The notes under the pieces are model-generated. The model was not told the DNA's origin. It ran no database searches and saw only the letters and a program-made list of their open reading frames with translations. Made by a program: the position numbers and the translations under genes. A stretch of 60,571 nucleotides of DNA, counting the filler, from Candidatus Hydrogenedentota bacterium (GTDB lineage Bacteria > JBFMHD01): the NCBI GenBank assembly GCA_040752395.1. It is 6 parts of 6 records of this genome, joined end to end, with 100 filler letters (N's around TTAATTAATTAA, not from the genome) between each part and the next. Parts side by side here need not be neighbours in the genome. Positions count along the whole stretch, not along the records: positions 40,902 to 50,716 come from JBFMHD010000098.1; positions 50,817 to 60,571 come from JBFMHD010000099.1; 4 more parts are not named here. One strand, 5' to 3'. Shown in pieces: positions 42,020 through 52,225 of this stretch; positions within the stretch are counted from its first letter, which is position 1; every line of letters begins with the position of its first letter.

Positions 42020-42256
42020 AGAGGCAAGATATTCGGTTCACTGATAACCGAACTTAAGAAGCTTCACGTTTTTCAGAGGAGTCAACATGAGCGCGGGTTG
42101 CGCTCTACACTATTGTGTTATTGGGTTCTTGTGTTATTGGGTTCTTGGGTTATTGGGTTATTGCGTTCTACACAAAGGATGAAAAATATAGGAGTTAGGA
42201 GTTTGTAATAATAGCTACGAACTCCGAACTCCGAACTTCAAAGTTTTTCGGAGGGG
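42020..42256 (+). repeat. Mosaic intergenic repeat, modules B-A, ending in SD of fliE
   Basis: Shared blocks with 5803-5950 and 51880-52074. Confidence 0.95.
42087..42182 (+). CDS. Putative module-B mini-ORF MSAGCALHYCVIGFLCYWVLGLLGYCVLHKG (31 aa)
   Basis: AGAGGAG-N5-ATG; 96-nt open frame. Confidence 0.35.
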   Translation: MSAGCALHYCVIGFLCYWVLGLLGYCVLHKG

Positions 42257-42263
42257 TGATTAA

Positions 42264-42593
42264 ATGGCTACAACAGGTGATGTGCTTAAAATAATAGCCG
42301 ACGATAAGACAAATACTATATTTCAGGCTACAAAAGCAAAACAGAAAAATGATACAACAAATACAGATAGTCTGATTGAATCGTTTCAGGATATATTTAA
42401 AGAAAAAATAAACGAAGTGGATAAATTGATTAAGCACGAAGAGGAGATGGAGATAAAGCTACAAGCAGGCGAGGTTCAAAATCTGCACGATGTGATGATA
42501 GCAGAACAAAAAGCTAAAATAGCGCTCGATTTAGCCATTGCTATAAGAAGTTTTCTGCTCTCGGCTTATGATAAACTTATCCAGCTAAGATAA
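42264..42593 (+). CDS. fliE: Flagellar hook-basal body protein FliE
   Basis: LHDVMIAEQKA.IAL...IR..L.AY. Confidence 0.93.
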   Translation: MATTGDVLKIIADDKTNTIFQATKAKQKNDTTNTDSLIESFQDIFKEKINEVDKLIKHEEEMEIKLQAGEVQNLHDVMIAEQKAKIALDLAIAIRSFLLSAYDKLIQLR

Positions 42594-42619
42594 AGAAGTC
42601 TCTTTGGAGGGGAAACATT

Positions 42620-44278
42620 ATGCGTGAATTTTTATTAAAAGTTAAAGACCAGTTTTTAAAGTCCTGGCAGACTATGAAATTACCTCAAAAAATAATATTC
42701 ATATTTCTTCTCTCTGTCATAGTTATAACATTGTGTATCGCGATATACATATATTCAAAACCCCAGATGGTAACTATTTTAAAAGAGCTTGATTTAAAGG
42801 ATGTTGCTAAAGTAAGAGATTTTCTACAGAAAGAGGGTTACAAAGTTGACATAGGTGATGATAATAAAAGCATATTAGTTCTACGAGATCAGACCAAGGA
42901 CGCATTAGCAGACCTTGCTTCACAGGATTTAGTTCCCGGGGCTAATATTGTGGGGCTTGAAATATTCGATAAAATTAAGTTTGGTCAGACAGATTATGAA
43001 AGAAGAATAAACCTTATACGTGGTATCACAGGTGAACTGGAGCGTGTCTTACGAAAATTCCCGCATGTTAAAGATGCTAATGTGGAAATACCACTGGTTG
43101 AAGAAAGTATCTATACAGATAAACAACAGCGACTTACCGCAAGTGTAACGCTTTTTCTCGACCCGGCGGATTTTAAATTAAGTTCCAAACAAATCTCAGG
43201 CATTAAAAGACTTATCTCTGCTTCAATAGCAGGTCTCAATCCAGAGGATGTAGCTGTATTTGACCAGGAATCAGTTGAGTTGATACCACGTACCGATGAC
43301 GAAGAAGAAGCCATCGCAGTCTCAAAAGTACCGCTCCGGCTTCAAATACAGAACAGAGAAGCAAATAGACTGAAACGTGAGATAGAGGACCATCTCGGAA
43401 AAGCTTTATCACGTGATAAAGTAGAAGTAATGGTAAAAGTTGAGATGCTCTGGGATAAGATTTCAAAAGAAAGTGAGATCAAGGATTTACCCCAGTGGAT
43501 GCAGCCAAAATTCGGCGGTCAACCAATCCAGCTGAAGGTTTCCAGTCTGGAGAAAAATGAGAAACTCAGAGGTGAAGGAGTTCGGCCTGAGGGTGAACCC
43601 GGACTTAAACCCAATGAACCAGTTTATAAATTCGTAAATGAAAAAGGCGAGGTGGTTTACGAAAGTCATGAAAAACGAGACAATTTTATGGACCCAAGTG
43701 TGTTCAAAGAAATAATGGAAAAAGCTGCGGATTTCAGAAGAATAACAGCAAGCGTTATTATAGATGGCGACTGGAAAAAAACTGTTACTAAAGATAATAA
43801 AATCGAGAGAAAATACCTCCCACGAAGTGATGAATTCCTGAAAGATATTAAAGAGATAGTTATGGGAGCCATCGGCGCGGATGAATCAAGGGGAGATGTG
43901 GTTTATGTTAAATGTATACCATTTGATAGATCAAAACAGTTCGAAATAGAAGAATCAGAACTTAAAAAACACTTAATAATAAAACAATCCATTATCTGGG
44001 CGTTTATTATTACAGTATTTCTATTTATCACAACTATGGTATTCCGTGAACTCGGCCGAAGAAGAAGGATCCGAGAAGAAGAACTCGCAAGACTCCGAGA
44101 ACTCGAAAGACAGAAAGCTATCGCTGAGCAAGGACCACCAGAATTAACCCTTGAGGAACAGGAACGACTCGAATTAGTAAAACGGGCTGAAGCAATGGCT
44201 AAACAGAAACCTGAAATGGTTGCAAACCTTATTAGAACCTGGTTACAGGCTGATATGGAACGACCAGCGATTGAATGA
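42620..44278 (+). CDS. fliF: Flagellar M-ring protein FliF
   Basis: GLEIFD..KFGQTDYE, GELER, TASV, GAIG....RGD; two TM helices. Confidence 0.95.
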   Translation: MREFLLKVKDQFLKSWQTMKLPQKIIFIFLLSVIVITLCIAIYIYSKPQMVTILKELDLKDVAKVRDFLQKEGYKVDIGDDNKSILVLRDQTKDALADLASQDLVPGANIVGLEIFDKIKFGQTDYERRINLIRGITGELERVLRKFPHVKDANVEIPLVEESIYTDKQQRLTASVTLFLDPADFKLSSKQISGIKRLISASIAGLNPEDVAVFDQESVELIPRTDDEEEAIAVSKVPLRLQIQNREANRLKREIEDHLGKALSRDKVEVMVKVEMLWDKISKESEIKDLPQWMQPKFGGQPIQLKVSSLEKNEKLRGEGVRPEGEPGLKPNEPVYKFVNEKGEVVYESHEKRDNFMDPSVFKEIMEKAADFRRITASVIIDGDWKKTVTKDNKIERKYLPRSDEFLKDIKEIVMGAIGADESRGDVVYVKCIPFDRSKQFEIEESELKKHLIIKQSIIWAFIITVFLFITTMVFRELGRRRRIREEELARLRELERQKAIAEQGPPELTLEEQERLELVKRAEAMAKQKPEMVANLIRTWLQADMERPAIE

Positions 44279-44296
44279 TAATGATAATTTTTATAT

Positions 44297-44325
44297 TTGC
44301 AATTTTCTAAAAAATATGATATAAT
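44297..44325 (+). promoter_or_regulatory. Internal sigma70 promoter before fliG
   Basis: TTGCAA-N17-TATAAT with extended -10 TG. Confidence 0.65.
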
Positions 44326-44344
44326 AAAGATTAAAAAGTTAAAA

Positions 44345-44430
44345 ATTAGAAGTTAGGAGTCAGGAGTCAGACTTCTTGCTTCTTGCTTCTACTTGCTATT
44401 ATTAGAGTCACAATGTTTTTCAGGGGGGGA
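44345..44430 (+). repeat. Mosaic intergenic repeat (GAGTC array-F-T), ending in SD of fliG
   Basis: Matches 32299-32383. Confidence 0.92.
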
Positions 44431-44437
44431 TATTAAA

Positions 44438-45469
44438 ATGCCTGTAAGAAAAGTATCAACTGATGTATTACGCAAACTCACTGGCAAACAGAAAGCAGCT
44501 GTCTTTCTCGTCTCAATGGGTCAGGATGCCTCAAGTGAGGTTATGAAACATTTAAGAGACGAGGAGATAGAAGAGTTAACAATGGAGATAGCTAAATTAG
44601 AGCGTGTTACTCCTGAAGAAAAAGATGCTGTGCTATTAGAGTTTCAGGATATGATGCTGGGTCAGGAGTTCATTGCGCAGGGTGGCATAGATTATGCCAG
44701 AACCATTCTTGAAAAAGCGCTTGGCAGTGAACGTGCTGTTGAAGTAATAAACAAACTTACCTCATCTTTACAGGTTCGACCCTTTGATTTTATGAAAGGT
44801 GCTGACCCGCAACATCTTCTAAACTTTATTCAGGGTGAACATCCACAGACAATAGCATTAATTTTATCTTATCTTGAACCTGATATGTCATCAAAGATAC
44901 TTGCTTCGCTTGATGAGAAGATACAGGCTGATGTCACAAGAAGGATCGCAAAGATGGACAGAACCTCACCTGATGTATTACGCGAGGTTGAGCGGGTTCT
45001 TGAGAGAAAACTCTCGTCACTTGTAAGCGAAGAGTTCACCACAGCAGGCGGTGTTGATGCTATAGTTGAGATACTCAATCTCGTGGACCGCTCAACTGAA
45101 AAATCCATCATAGAAACGCTTGAAGATGAAGACCCAGAACTCGCTGAAGAAATAAAAAAGAGGATGTTCGTATTTGAAGATATAAAAATACTTGATGATA
45201 GAGCTGTACAACAGGTGTTAAGAGAAGTGGATACAAAAGACCTTGCGCTCGCTCTAAAAGGCGTCGATGAAACTGTCCAGACTAAAATTTTTAACAATAT
45301 GTCTAAAAGAGCAGGAACAATGCTTAGAGAAGAGATGGAGTTTATGGGACCTGTTAGATTACGTGACGTTGAAGAGGCTCAGCAGAGAATAGTTAATGTT
45401 ATAAGAAAACTTGAAGAATCCGGCGAAATTATTATTGCACGCGGTGGTGAGGAGGAGTTGATTGTCTGA
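44438..45469 (+). CDS. fliG: Flagellar motor switch protein FliG
   Basis: KQKAA, GGIDYA, EHPQTIA, MFVFED, GPVRLRDVE. Confidence 0.98.
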   Translation: MPVRKVSTDVLRKLTGKQKAAVFLVSMGQDASSEVMKHLRDEEIEELTMEIAKLERVTPEEKDAVLLEFQDMMLGQEFIAQGGIDYARTILEKALGSERAVEVINKLTSSLQVRPFDFMKGADPQHLLNFIQGEHPQTIALILSYLEPDMSSKILASLDEKIQADVTRRIAKMDRTSPDVLREVERVLERKLSSLVSEEFTTAGGVDAIVEILNLVDRSTEKSIIETLEDEDPELAEEIKKRMFVFEDIKILDDRAVQQVLREVDTKDLALALKGVDETVQTKIFNNMSKRAGTMLREEMEFMGPVRLRDVEEAQQRIVNVIRKLEESGEIIIARGGEEELIV

Positions 45470-46397
45470 AAATATTTTTAAAAATCCAAATATAAAAATT
45501 GACGATAATGTCGTCGTCCTTAAAAGACCAAAACTGCGAACCGAAATACTCTACGAAGAAGAAGAGAAAAAAAAAGTATTAAGAGAAATTTTACTTAAAG
45601 AGTCCGAAGAAATAAAAGAAGCACAATCCCAGCTCGAAGCACTGCAGAAAGAAGCTGCTGAAATCATCGGTAGAGCTGAGAATAAAGCCGACGAAATATT
45701 GAAAAAAATTGAGGCCGATTGTAATAATAAAATCGTTGAGGCTGAAAGAAAAGAAAAAGAAATTTTAGAACTCGCTCAAAATGAAAAACAAAAAATCATA
45801 ACCGAAGCTAATAGTGAAAAACAAAGAATAATTGAGGAATTTCAAAAACAGGGATATGATTCAGGATATAAACAGGGGTTTGAAAAAATCAGTAAGGAAG
45901 CGCTCTCACTCCTCAAACAGGCTGATAAGGTACTTGAAAAAAGCCTCGCAATCAAACACTACATTATTGATACCGCTCGAGGTGACCTGCTCAATGTTAT
46001 AAGATTGATATGTAACAAGATCCTACATAAAGAAATCTCTCTCTCTCCTGAAGTTATAACCCCTCGCGTGGAATATGCTCTGAAAAAATTACAAGAAAAA
46101 GAAAAGATAGTTGTCAGGATCCACCCTGATTCAATACCCGAACTCGAAGGACATAGAGAACATTTCTATAAAGAAATACGCGGACTCGACCACCTCGTTT
46201 TTAAAGAAGACCCTTCTCTTGAATTGGGTGACTGCATTTTAGAAACCGACTTTGGAAGTATAGATTCAAGGGTTGAATCCGAGGTCCTGGAAATTACAGA
46301 AAGACTTGATGAAATAGGACTTGACCTGGATTATCTGGATAATGTTGAGAAACAATTATTCCCTGAGGATAAAAATAATGGCCTGCCCACTAACTGA
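45462..46397 (+). CDS. fliH: Flagellar assembly protein FliH
   Basis: Coiled coil, GYDSGYKQG repeat, GDCILETDFGSID. Confidence 0.92.
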   Translation: MSENIFKNPNIKIDDNVVVLKRPKLRTEILYEEEEKKKVLREILLKESEEIKEAQSQLEALQKEAAEIIGRAENKADEILKKIEADCNNKIVEAERKEKEILELAQNEKQKIITEANSEKQRIIEEFQKQGYDSGYKQGFEKISKEALSLLKQADKVLEKSLAIKHYIIDTARGDLLNVIRLICNKILHKEISLSPEVITPRVEYALKKLQEKEKIVVRIHPDSIPELEGHREHFYKEIRGLDHLVFKEDPSLELGDCILETDFGSIDSRVESEVLEITERLDEIGLDLDYLDNVEKQLFPEDKNNGLPTN

Positions 46398-47688
46398 TAC
46401 TTATCTCTCAATGATACCTGAAATAGAACATATAAGATTCACTGGCGCTGTAACTAAAATTATAGGACTGGTTATCGAGGCATCGGGACCCCGAGTGCCG
46501 GTCGGAGAAGTAGTACTTATAAAAAGAAAAAATAAAATACAAGCATTAAAAGCTGAGGTTGTGGGTTTTAAAGAAAATAGAGTGCTATTAATGCCGATAG
46601 GAGAGATGGAAGGTATCGCACCAGGTTGCGAGGTTATCGGAACAGACCATACTTTATCAATCCCTGTTGGACCTGAACTCCTCGGTAGAGTCTTAAATGG
46701 TATCGGCGACCCGATGGATGGTAAAGGCGCTCTACCCTGTAAAGAAAGATATTCTATATATAGAAACCCACCTCATCCTTTGAAACGACGCAGGGTTAAA
46801 GAGATTTTATCACTCGGGGTACGAGCTATAGACGGTTTATTTACAGTCGGTCGTGGCCAGAGAATGGGGATATTTTCCGGCAGCGGTGTGGGTAAAAGTA
46901 CGCTACTTGGTATGATAGCAAGATTTACAGAGGCTGATATAAATGTTATTGGACTCATTGGTGAGCGTGGCCGTGAGGTAAGAGATTTCCTTGAAAAAGA
47001 TTTACAGGAGGACGGTTTAAAAAAATCTGTGGTCGTTGTTGCAACGAGTGACTCACCACCACTCTGCAGACTGAGGGGTGCGTTCGTTGCTACTGCCATC
47101 GCTGAGTATTTCAGAGATATAGGTAAGAACGTTCTACTACTATTTGATTCAGTGACAAGATTTGCAAGAGCTCAAAGAGAGGTCGGCCTGGCTATCGGAG
47201 AACCGCCTGCTCAAAGGGGTTTCACACCATCAGTATTTGAGATCCTGCCACGACTCCTTGAAAGATCAGGTAATAGCGATAGAGGTTCTATAACAGGTAT
47301 CTATACTGTGCTCGTCGACGGCGACGATTTTACCGAACCTATATGTGATAATGTAAGGGGTATCCTTGATGGACATGTTATACTTGTAAGAAAACTCGCT
47401 GAACGCGGTCAATATCCTGCAATAGATGTTCTTGGCTCTATAAGCAGAATTATGGTTGAGATAGTTGATGAATACCAGTTCAATAAAGCTTTGAAACTAA
47501 AAGAACTGGTATCTGTGTATCAGGATGCAGAAGACCTGATTAATATCGGCGCTTATGTAAAGGGGTCTAACACCCTGATAGACGAATCAATTAACAAAAG
47601 AAACGATATTATAAATTATCTGAAACAGGGTATCTACGAAAAAGAGGATTATATCGGCTCAAAAGAAAAACTCTTAAAATTATTTTAG
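46378..47688 (+). CDS. fliI: Flagellar export ATPase FliI
   Basis: GQRMGIFSGSGVGKS, GERGREV, DSVTRFA. Confidence 0.97.
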   Translation: MACPLTDTYLSMIPEIEHIRFTGAVTKIIGLVIEASGPRVPVGEVVLIKRKNKIQALKAEVVGFKENRVLLMPIGEMEGIAPGCEVIGTDHTLSIPVGPELLGRVLNGIGDPMDGKGALPCKERYSIYRNPPHPLKRRRVKEILSLGVRAIDGLFTVGRGQRMGIFSGSGVGKSTLLGMIARFTEADINVIGLIGERGREVRDFLEKDLQEDGLKKSVVVVATSDSPPLCRLRGAFVATAIAEYFRDIGKNVLLLFDSVTRFARAQREVGLAIGEPPAQRGFTPSVFEILPRLLERSGNSDRGSITGIYTVLVDGDDFTEPICDNVRGILDGHVILVRKLAERGQYPAIDVLGSISRIMVEIVDEYQFNKALKLKELVSVYQDAEDLINIGAYVKGSNTLIDESINKRNDIINYLKQGIYEKEDYIGSKEKLLKLF

Positions 47689-47730
47689 TTTCTGCGAGGT
47701 ATCCCCTCAGTCTTCAGTTGCGAAGGTCTT

Positions 47731-48186
47731 ATGGTCTTTAAGTTCAGGTTTGAGAGAATCCTTGGGTTACGTAAACATAAAGAAAAAGAAAAGATGGAGG
47801 AATTAGCTAAAGAACAAAAAAAACTTTTTTTATTGTATAATGAATTAAAAAGAAATTTAGAAGAATCTGAAACAAAACTTAAAGAACTCAGAGAAAAAGA
47901 AAAAGGTATGGTAATAATAGAAGAACTCATAAGATACAGGGCTTATTTAACTAAACTTTATAAAGAAGAGGCTGCTTTGAGAAAAAAAATAAAAAAACAG
48001 GAAGAAGTAGTTGAAGAAAAAAGATTAGAATTAGTTGAAGCATCAAAAGAAAGAAGGATGATGGAAAGATTGAAAGAAAATCAAGAGAAAGAATACTGGA
48101 TTGAGTTCTGGAAACAGGATGAGAAAGTAAACGATGACCTGACCACAGCACGAACCATCGCAATGTCTGGAGAAAAAAATGGATAA
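47731..48186 (+). CDS. fliJ: Flagellar export protein FliJ
   Basis: FKFRFERIL.LR; coiled coil; position after fliI. Confidence 0.9.
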   Translation: MVFKFRFERILGLRKHKEKEKMEELAKEQKKLFLLYNELKRNLEESETKLKELREKEKGMVIIEELIRYRAYLTKLYKEEAALRKKIKKQEEVVEEKRLELVEASKERRMMERLKENQEKEYWIEFWKQDEKVNDDLTTARTIAMSGEKNG

Positions 48187-48721
48187 CTCAAGAGTAAATG
48201 AAATATTTGAACGGATACAGGAAATCCAGAATAAATGGAATGACCTCAAACAGAAAATATCAAGAATAAATAATAGAAAAAATAATAAGGATAAATTTAA
48301 GACTATATTAAATCAGGAGGTTAATAAAAAGATAGACGAAACTGATAAAAAATGTCTTGAGAAGAAAATAGATGAGGTCTCTAAAAAATACAATGTTGAC
48401 CCAAATCTAATCAAAGCGATTATAGAAGTTGAGTCGAACTGGAACAGATATGCTGTGAGCCATAGAGGCGCTAAGGGACTTATGCAGTTGATGGATATCA
48501 CGATAAGAGAGTTAGGAGTCAAAGACCCATTTGACCCTGAAGAAAACATCGAGGCAGGCACCCGATTTTTCAGCTCGCTCCTCAAAATGTACGACAATAG
48601 TCTCGAGGAGGCTCTATCAGCTTATAATTATGGCCCTTCAAAAGTAAAAAAAGGAGAGGGTGTACCTAACGTATATCAGGTGCAACAGTATGTTTCTAAT
48701 ATACTTAGAAAAGTTTTATAA
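48179..48721 (+). CDS. Lytic transglycosylase (SLT domain)
   Basis: ES...AVS..GAKGLMQL...AYNYG. Confidence 0.92.
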   Translation: MDNSRVNEIFERIQEIQNKWNDLKQKISRINNRKNNKDKFKTILNQEVNKKIDETDKKCLEKKIDEVSKKYNVDPNLIKAIIEVESNWNRYAVSHRGAKGLMQLMDITIRELGVKDPFDPEENIEAGTRFFSSLLKMYDNSLEEALSAYNYGPSKVKKGEGVPNVYQVQQYVSNILRKVL

Positions 48722-48767
48722 TATACCCAAGAAGACAGGAGACAGAAGGTAGAAGAGGAGTGGTTTT

Positions 48768-49373
48768 ATGCAAGAAAGAGCTAAAACAGTTTTTAAAATA
48801 ATAATTTTATTATTAATATTTTTTATTATGCTCGGTGTAACTATTTATGTCCTTGAAAAAAGTGAAATAATACACATTAAAGAAAGGTTTTATTCTGTTA
48901 TGGTGAAGATACCATATATCAGTAAATATTTCAAAGCGCCAGTGAAGATGACAGCTGAAGTATTAAAAGATGAACTCCTCTCCTGGGAAAACTCTCTAAA
49001 AATAAAAGAAGATGATTTAAGAAAAAGAGAAGAGAAGATAAAAGCTGATGAGGAAGAACTGCTTAAAAAGAAGGTAGAACTTAAATCACGAGAGGATAAC
49101 CTGAAATCGCAGGAAGAGGCATTAAGGAGTCGTAAAGAACGATATGAATCTATGGAGGCTCGGCTTAAAGAACAGGTTGAATATTACTCCGCTATGAAAC
49201 CAGAGGATGCAGCTGAACTCTTAAGCAGGATTGACCAGCTCCTTGTTATTGATATATTTAGAAGAATGAACAAAGATATAGTTGTAACTATTTTAACAAA
49301 AATGGACAAGCAGACAGCAAGCGATATATTGCGAAAAATGTCACTGGAACGTCCCGATATAGAAAACGAATAG
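48768..49373 (+). CDS. MotE/YlxF/FlbB-like flagellar protein
   Basis: N-terminal TM, coiled coil, YSAMKPEDAAELL MgtE_N-like end; position after fliJ. Confidence 0.8.
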   Translation: MQERAKTVFKIIILLLIFFIMLGVTIYVLEKSEIIHIKERFYSVMVKIPYISKYFKAPVKMTAEVLKDELLSWENSLKIKEDDLRKREEKIKADEEELLKKKVELKSREDNLKSQEEALRSRKERYESMEARLKEQVEYYSAMKPEDAAELLSRIDQLLVIDIFRRMNKDIVVTILTKMDKQTASDILRKMSLERPDIENE

Positions 49374-49510
49374 CAGGCAGACTGTCCAGGAATTCGATTT
49401 CAATATGTAATGTGTCCAGTGGAGCAGTATAAGGTAACACCTTAGAATATATGAAAAAATTAGCCGTGTCGCACTAATTTGGACAAGTCGGGAAAAAATA
49501 CAAAAAAGAT

Positions 49511-50071
49511 CTATTTTACAAAGCCGGTTTCGATAAGGATACGGTCCATTTTAACATCGTGTGGGTAAACTATATCTTTAAAACTATCAAATATCTGGAG
49601 ATTATAACATAGACCAACTTTATACATCTTTTTATTTTTTGCAAGCAGTCTATCAAAATATCCGCCTCCGCGGCCTATTCTGTACCCATGTCTATCAAAC
49701 GCAAGTCCAGGGACAAAAGCTAATTCAACATTTTTTAAGTCTATTTTTTTACCAGTAGGATTCATATATTTACCTTTCCATTTCTTGAAACCCAAAGAAG
49801 AATTAAATCGCCGGACTTCTATTTGTGAAGGTTCGCCGGTGTAAACCGGTGCGCACAGAATTTTTTTCTTTTTTATCAGGAGATCGTACAAATCACGCAG
49901 GTCTGGTTCGTCAGGCAGAGGGAAATATCCAAGAATCACTTCCTGATCTTTAATAATATCGTTCTGCAATATCTCAATCATTCGTTTATCATAAATCTTT
50001 TTATTCTTTTTAATTGTTTCGAGCCGCTTCTGGATCATAAATCTAAAATCTTCTTTTTCCATAGCTATCAA
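49511..50071 (-). CDS. 5-formyltetrahydrofolate cyclo-ligase
   Basis: VPGLAFDRHGYRIGRGGGYFDR, PHDVKMD. Confidence 0.95.
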   Translation of the reverse strand: MIAMEKEDFRFMIQKRLETIKKNKKIYDKRMIEILQNDIIKDQEVILGYFPLPDEPDLRDLYDLLIKKKKILCAPVYTGEPSQIEVRRFNSSLGFKKWKGKYMNPTGKKIDLKNVELAFVPGLAFDRHGYRIGRGGGYFDRLLAKNKKMYKVGLCYNLQIFDSFKDIVYPHDVKMDRILIETGFVK

Positions 50072-50124
50072 CCTTATTACAAATTAGTTTAAAAATATTT
50101 ATAAAAATGTCAACAAAAAAATAG

Positions 50125-50153
50125 TTGCATCAAATTTAATTTTTGAGTATAAT
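50125..50153 (+). promoter_or_regulatory. Sigma70 promoter
   Basis: TTGCAT-N17-TATAAT. Confidence 0.65.
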
Positions 50154-50164
50154 ATATATAAAGC

Positions 50165-50346
50165 AAAGATAGGAGACAGAAGACAGAAGACAGGAGGAGA
50201 AGACACAAAGGATATTAGGGGATGGGTCATAGGGGATGGGGTATATTAGGGGCGGCGCTTAGGGGTTAGGGGTCCGGAGTCGAGAGTCGTGAGTCAGGAT
50301 AAGACTGACGACTTAATGACCGGAGACTAGAGACTTTTCAGAGGAG
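50165..50346 (+). repeat. Mosaic intergenic repeat (module M, TAGGGG tract, S-like hairpin) ending in SD
   Basis: AGACAGA array; 5x TAGGGG; GAGTC/GACT arms; TTTTCAGAGGAG. Confidence 0.88.
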
Positions 50347-50353
50347 ATTATTT

Positions 50354-50545
50354 ATGACTGAAGAAAGAGATATGATAGACGATGAATTACTGGCTATACT
50401 TGCGTGCCCGGCGTGTAAAGGCGATATAGAATATGACAAACCCAATCAGAAACTTATCTGCAAAGGTGAATGCGGCAGAAGGTATCCGATAAGAGAAGGG
50501 ATACCGATTATGCTTATCGATGAAGCTGAATTACCATCTAAATGA
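50354..50545 (+). CDS. Trm112/YcaR-family protein
   Basis: LLAILACPACKG...YPIREGIPIML.DEA. Confidence 0.93.
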   Translation: MTEERDMIDDELLAILACPACKGDIEYDKPNQKLICKGECGRRYPIREGIPIMLIDEAELPSK

Positions 50546-50716
50546 TAGGAGATAGTGGATCTGACTTTTTCGAAGGAGTCGTAATGAGCGCACTTTGCGC
50601 TCTACACTATTGGGTTCTTGGGTTCTTGGGTTCTTGGGTTCTTGCGTTTTTGGGTTTTTGCGCTCTACACAAAGGATGAAAAACTAAAGATGATATAAAA
50701 AGAGTCGTGAGTCACA
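50546..50716 (+). repeat. Mosaic intergenic repeat, modules B-S (contig end)
   Basis: Shared blocks with 12597-12680. Confidence 0.95.
50584..50679 (+). CDS. Putative module-B mini-ORF MSALCALHYWVLGFLGSWVLAFLGFCALHKG (31 aa)
   Basis: GAAGGAG-N5-ATG; 96-nt open frame. Confidence 0.35.
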   Translation: MSALCALHYWVLGFLGSWVLAFLGFCALHKG

Positions 50717-50816
50717 NNNNNNNNNNNNNNNNNNNNNNNNNNNNNNNNNNNNNNNNNNNNTTAATTAATTAANNNNNNNNNNNNNNNNNNNNNNNNNNNN
50801 NNNNNNNNNNNNNNNN
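50717..50816. other. Artificial contig linker
   Basis: N-run containing TTAATTAATTAA. Confidence 0.99.
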
Positions 50817-51130
50817 TGCCTGAGCTTTATAACTTCCATTGCGATCTTTTCATGTTCCTCACGTCGGACAATTACTTCATATAAAGTATTAAGCCGTTGA
50901 TTTGTTTCATCGATTCGATTATTTGTTTCATCGATTCGATTATCTAAGCGCATTATATGAGTATTAATATCAGAAATTCTTAGAGACATCTCACCCATAG
51001 TTTTATGTATACCTGTTATCCCAGCCTTTATACCTGTTATCTCACCCTTAACAGTGGATATCTCTATTTGTATTTTTTCGAGTTCTGGCAAAAACATTGT
51101 TTTAAAAGCAGTTATTATTTCGTCTTTCAT
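50817..51130 (-). CDS. Coiled-coil hypothetical protein (partial, runs off the contig)
   Basis: RIDETN heptad repeats encoded by a 21-bp duplication. Confidence 0.7.
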
Positions 51131-51396
51131 AATTTTGACCACCTTAAAATCATCTTTATATATTTCAATATATCTTATTTTTCAGATATTTGTCAAGAAT
51201 TTGTTAAGAGATTTCTTGAAAAACCTCATTTTTTAAAGACGGGTCTTGTGACCCTCTTTACATTATATTGATTATATTGAAATTACAAAAAATAGAAAAT
51301 GTAGTGAGCATCTTTAGATGCGATAAGCAGGGTTTAAAAGAGACCTGCTTAATTTTTTTTGACAAAAGGGGTAAAAATTTTATATATGAGTCTCAA

Positions 51397-51795
51397 ATGA
51401 ACAGGTGTTTTTATTGTGGGAAAAAAATAATGCCCCAAAATCTATTGTATTATAATTTAGAAAAAGACAGAACTGTTTTTGTATGCAGTTTCGAACATTT
51501 AAAAAAAGTAACAGCATATATTGAGTTCCTTCAGGAATATTATAAAATGTTTACAAGAGTTGGGTTTGTCTCGTTATTTATATATCTTGCATTTTTTGTT
51601 TTTTCACCTAAATCCTGGCTGAAATGGATATATTTAATTTTTACTCTTGATTGGGGTATCGGCTGCTTTTTTTATCCATTCTTGTGGTCGTCTATCTCTA
51701 ATTTTATACCGCTATATTACGTAACTATACTCCATCGGGTATTCAGTGTTTCACTTATATTCAGTGGCTTTATTGTTTTGATTATCTTCTTTTAA
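51397..51795 (+). CDS. Hypothetical membrane protein with N-terminal CxxC
   Basis: MNRCFYCG...VCS.EH plus about 3 TM helices. Confidence 0.65.
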   Translation: MNRCFYCGKKIMPQNLLYYNLEKDRTVFVCSFEHLKKVTAYIEFLQEYYKMFTRVGFVSLFIYLAFFVFSPKSWLKWIYLIFTLDWGIGCFFYPFLWSSISNFIPLYYVTILHRVFSVSLIFSGFIVLIIFF

Positions 51796-51805
51796 AATAT
51801 ACACT

Positions 51806-52083
51806 CTCCTCTGAAAAACGTTGTAACTCTAATAATATCAAATAGAAGCAAGAAGCAAGATAAACAAACATCTGGTTTTTCATGCTTTGTGTAGAGCGCA
51901 AAAACGCAAGAACGCAATAACCCAAGAACCCCAAAAACCCAAAAACCCAATAGTGTAGAGCGCAACCCGCGCTCATGTTGACTCCTTCGAAAAAGTTCGG
52001 AGTTCGGAGTTCGGAGCTCGTATCTATTATTACGAACTCCTAACTTCTAACTCCTAACTCCTATCTTTTTCATCCTTTGTGTA
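51806..52083 (-). repeat. Mosaic intergenic repeat, modules A-B-F-T, with no downstream gene
   Basis: Full set of shared blocks; SD points into the 3' end of a convergent ORF. Confidence 0.95.
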
Positions 52084-52225
52084 CCCCCTTAGAGAACCTA
52101 AGTCAACTTATATGTCAACAAATTGTGGTCAGGCCGTTACTTTGTATCTACCTTAAACATTCAATTGACTTTATAAATGATTTTATTATAATGTTTTATA
52201 TTGCACGGATTAGAGGTTATGCTTT

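Noticed and set aside
50072..50165. 6S RNA upstream of the 5-formyl-THF cyclo-ligase gene
   Set aside because: The region is a short AT-rich divergent promoter with no long rod structure
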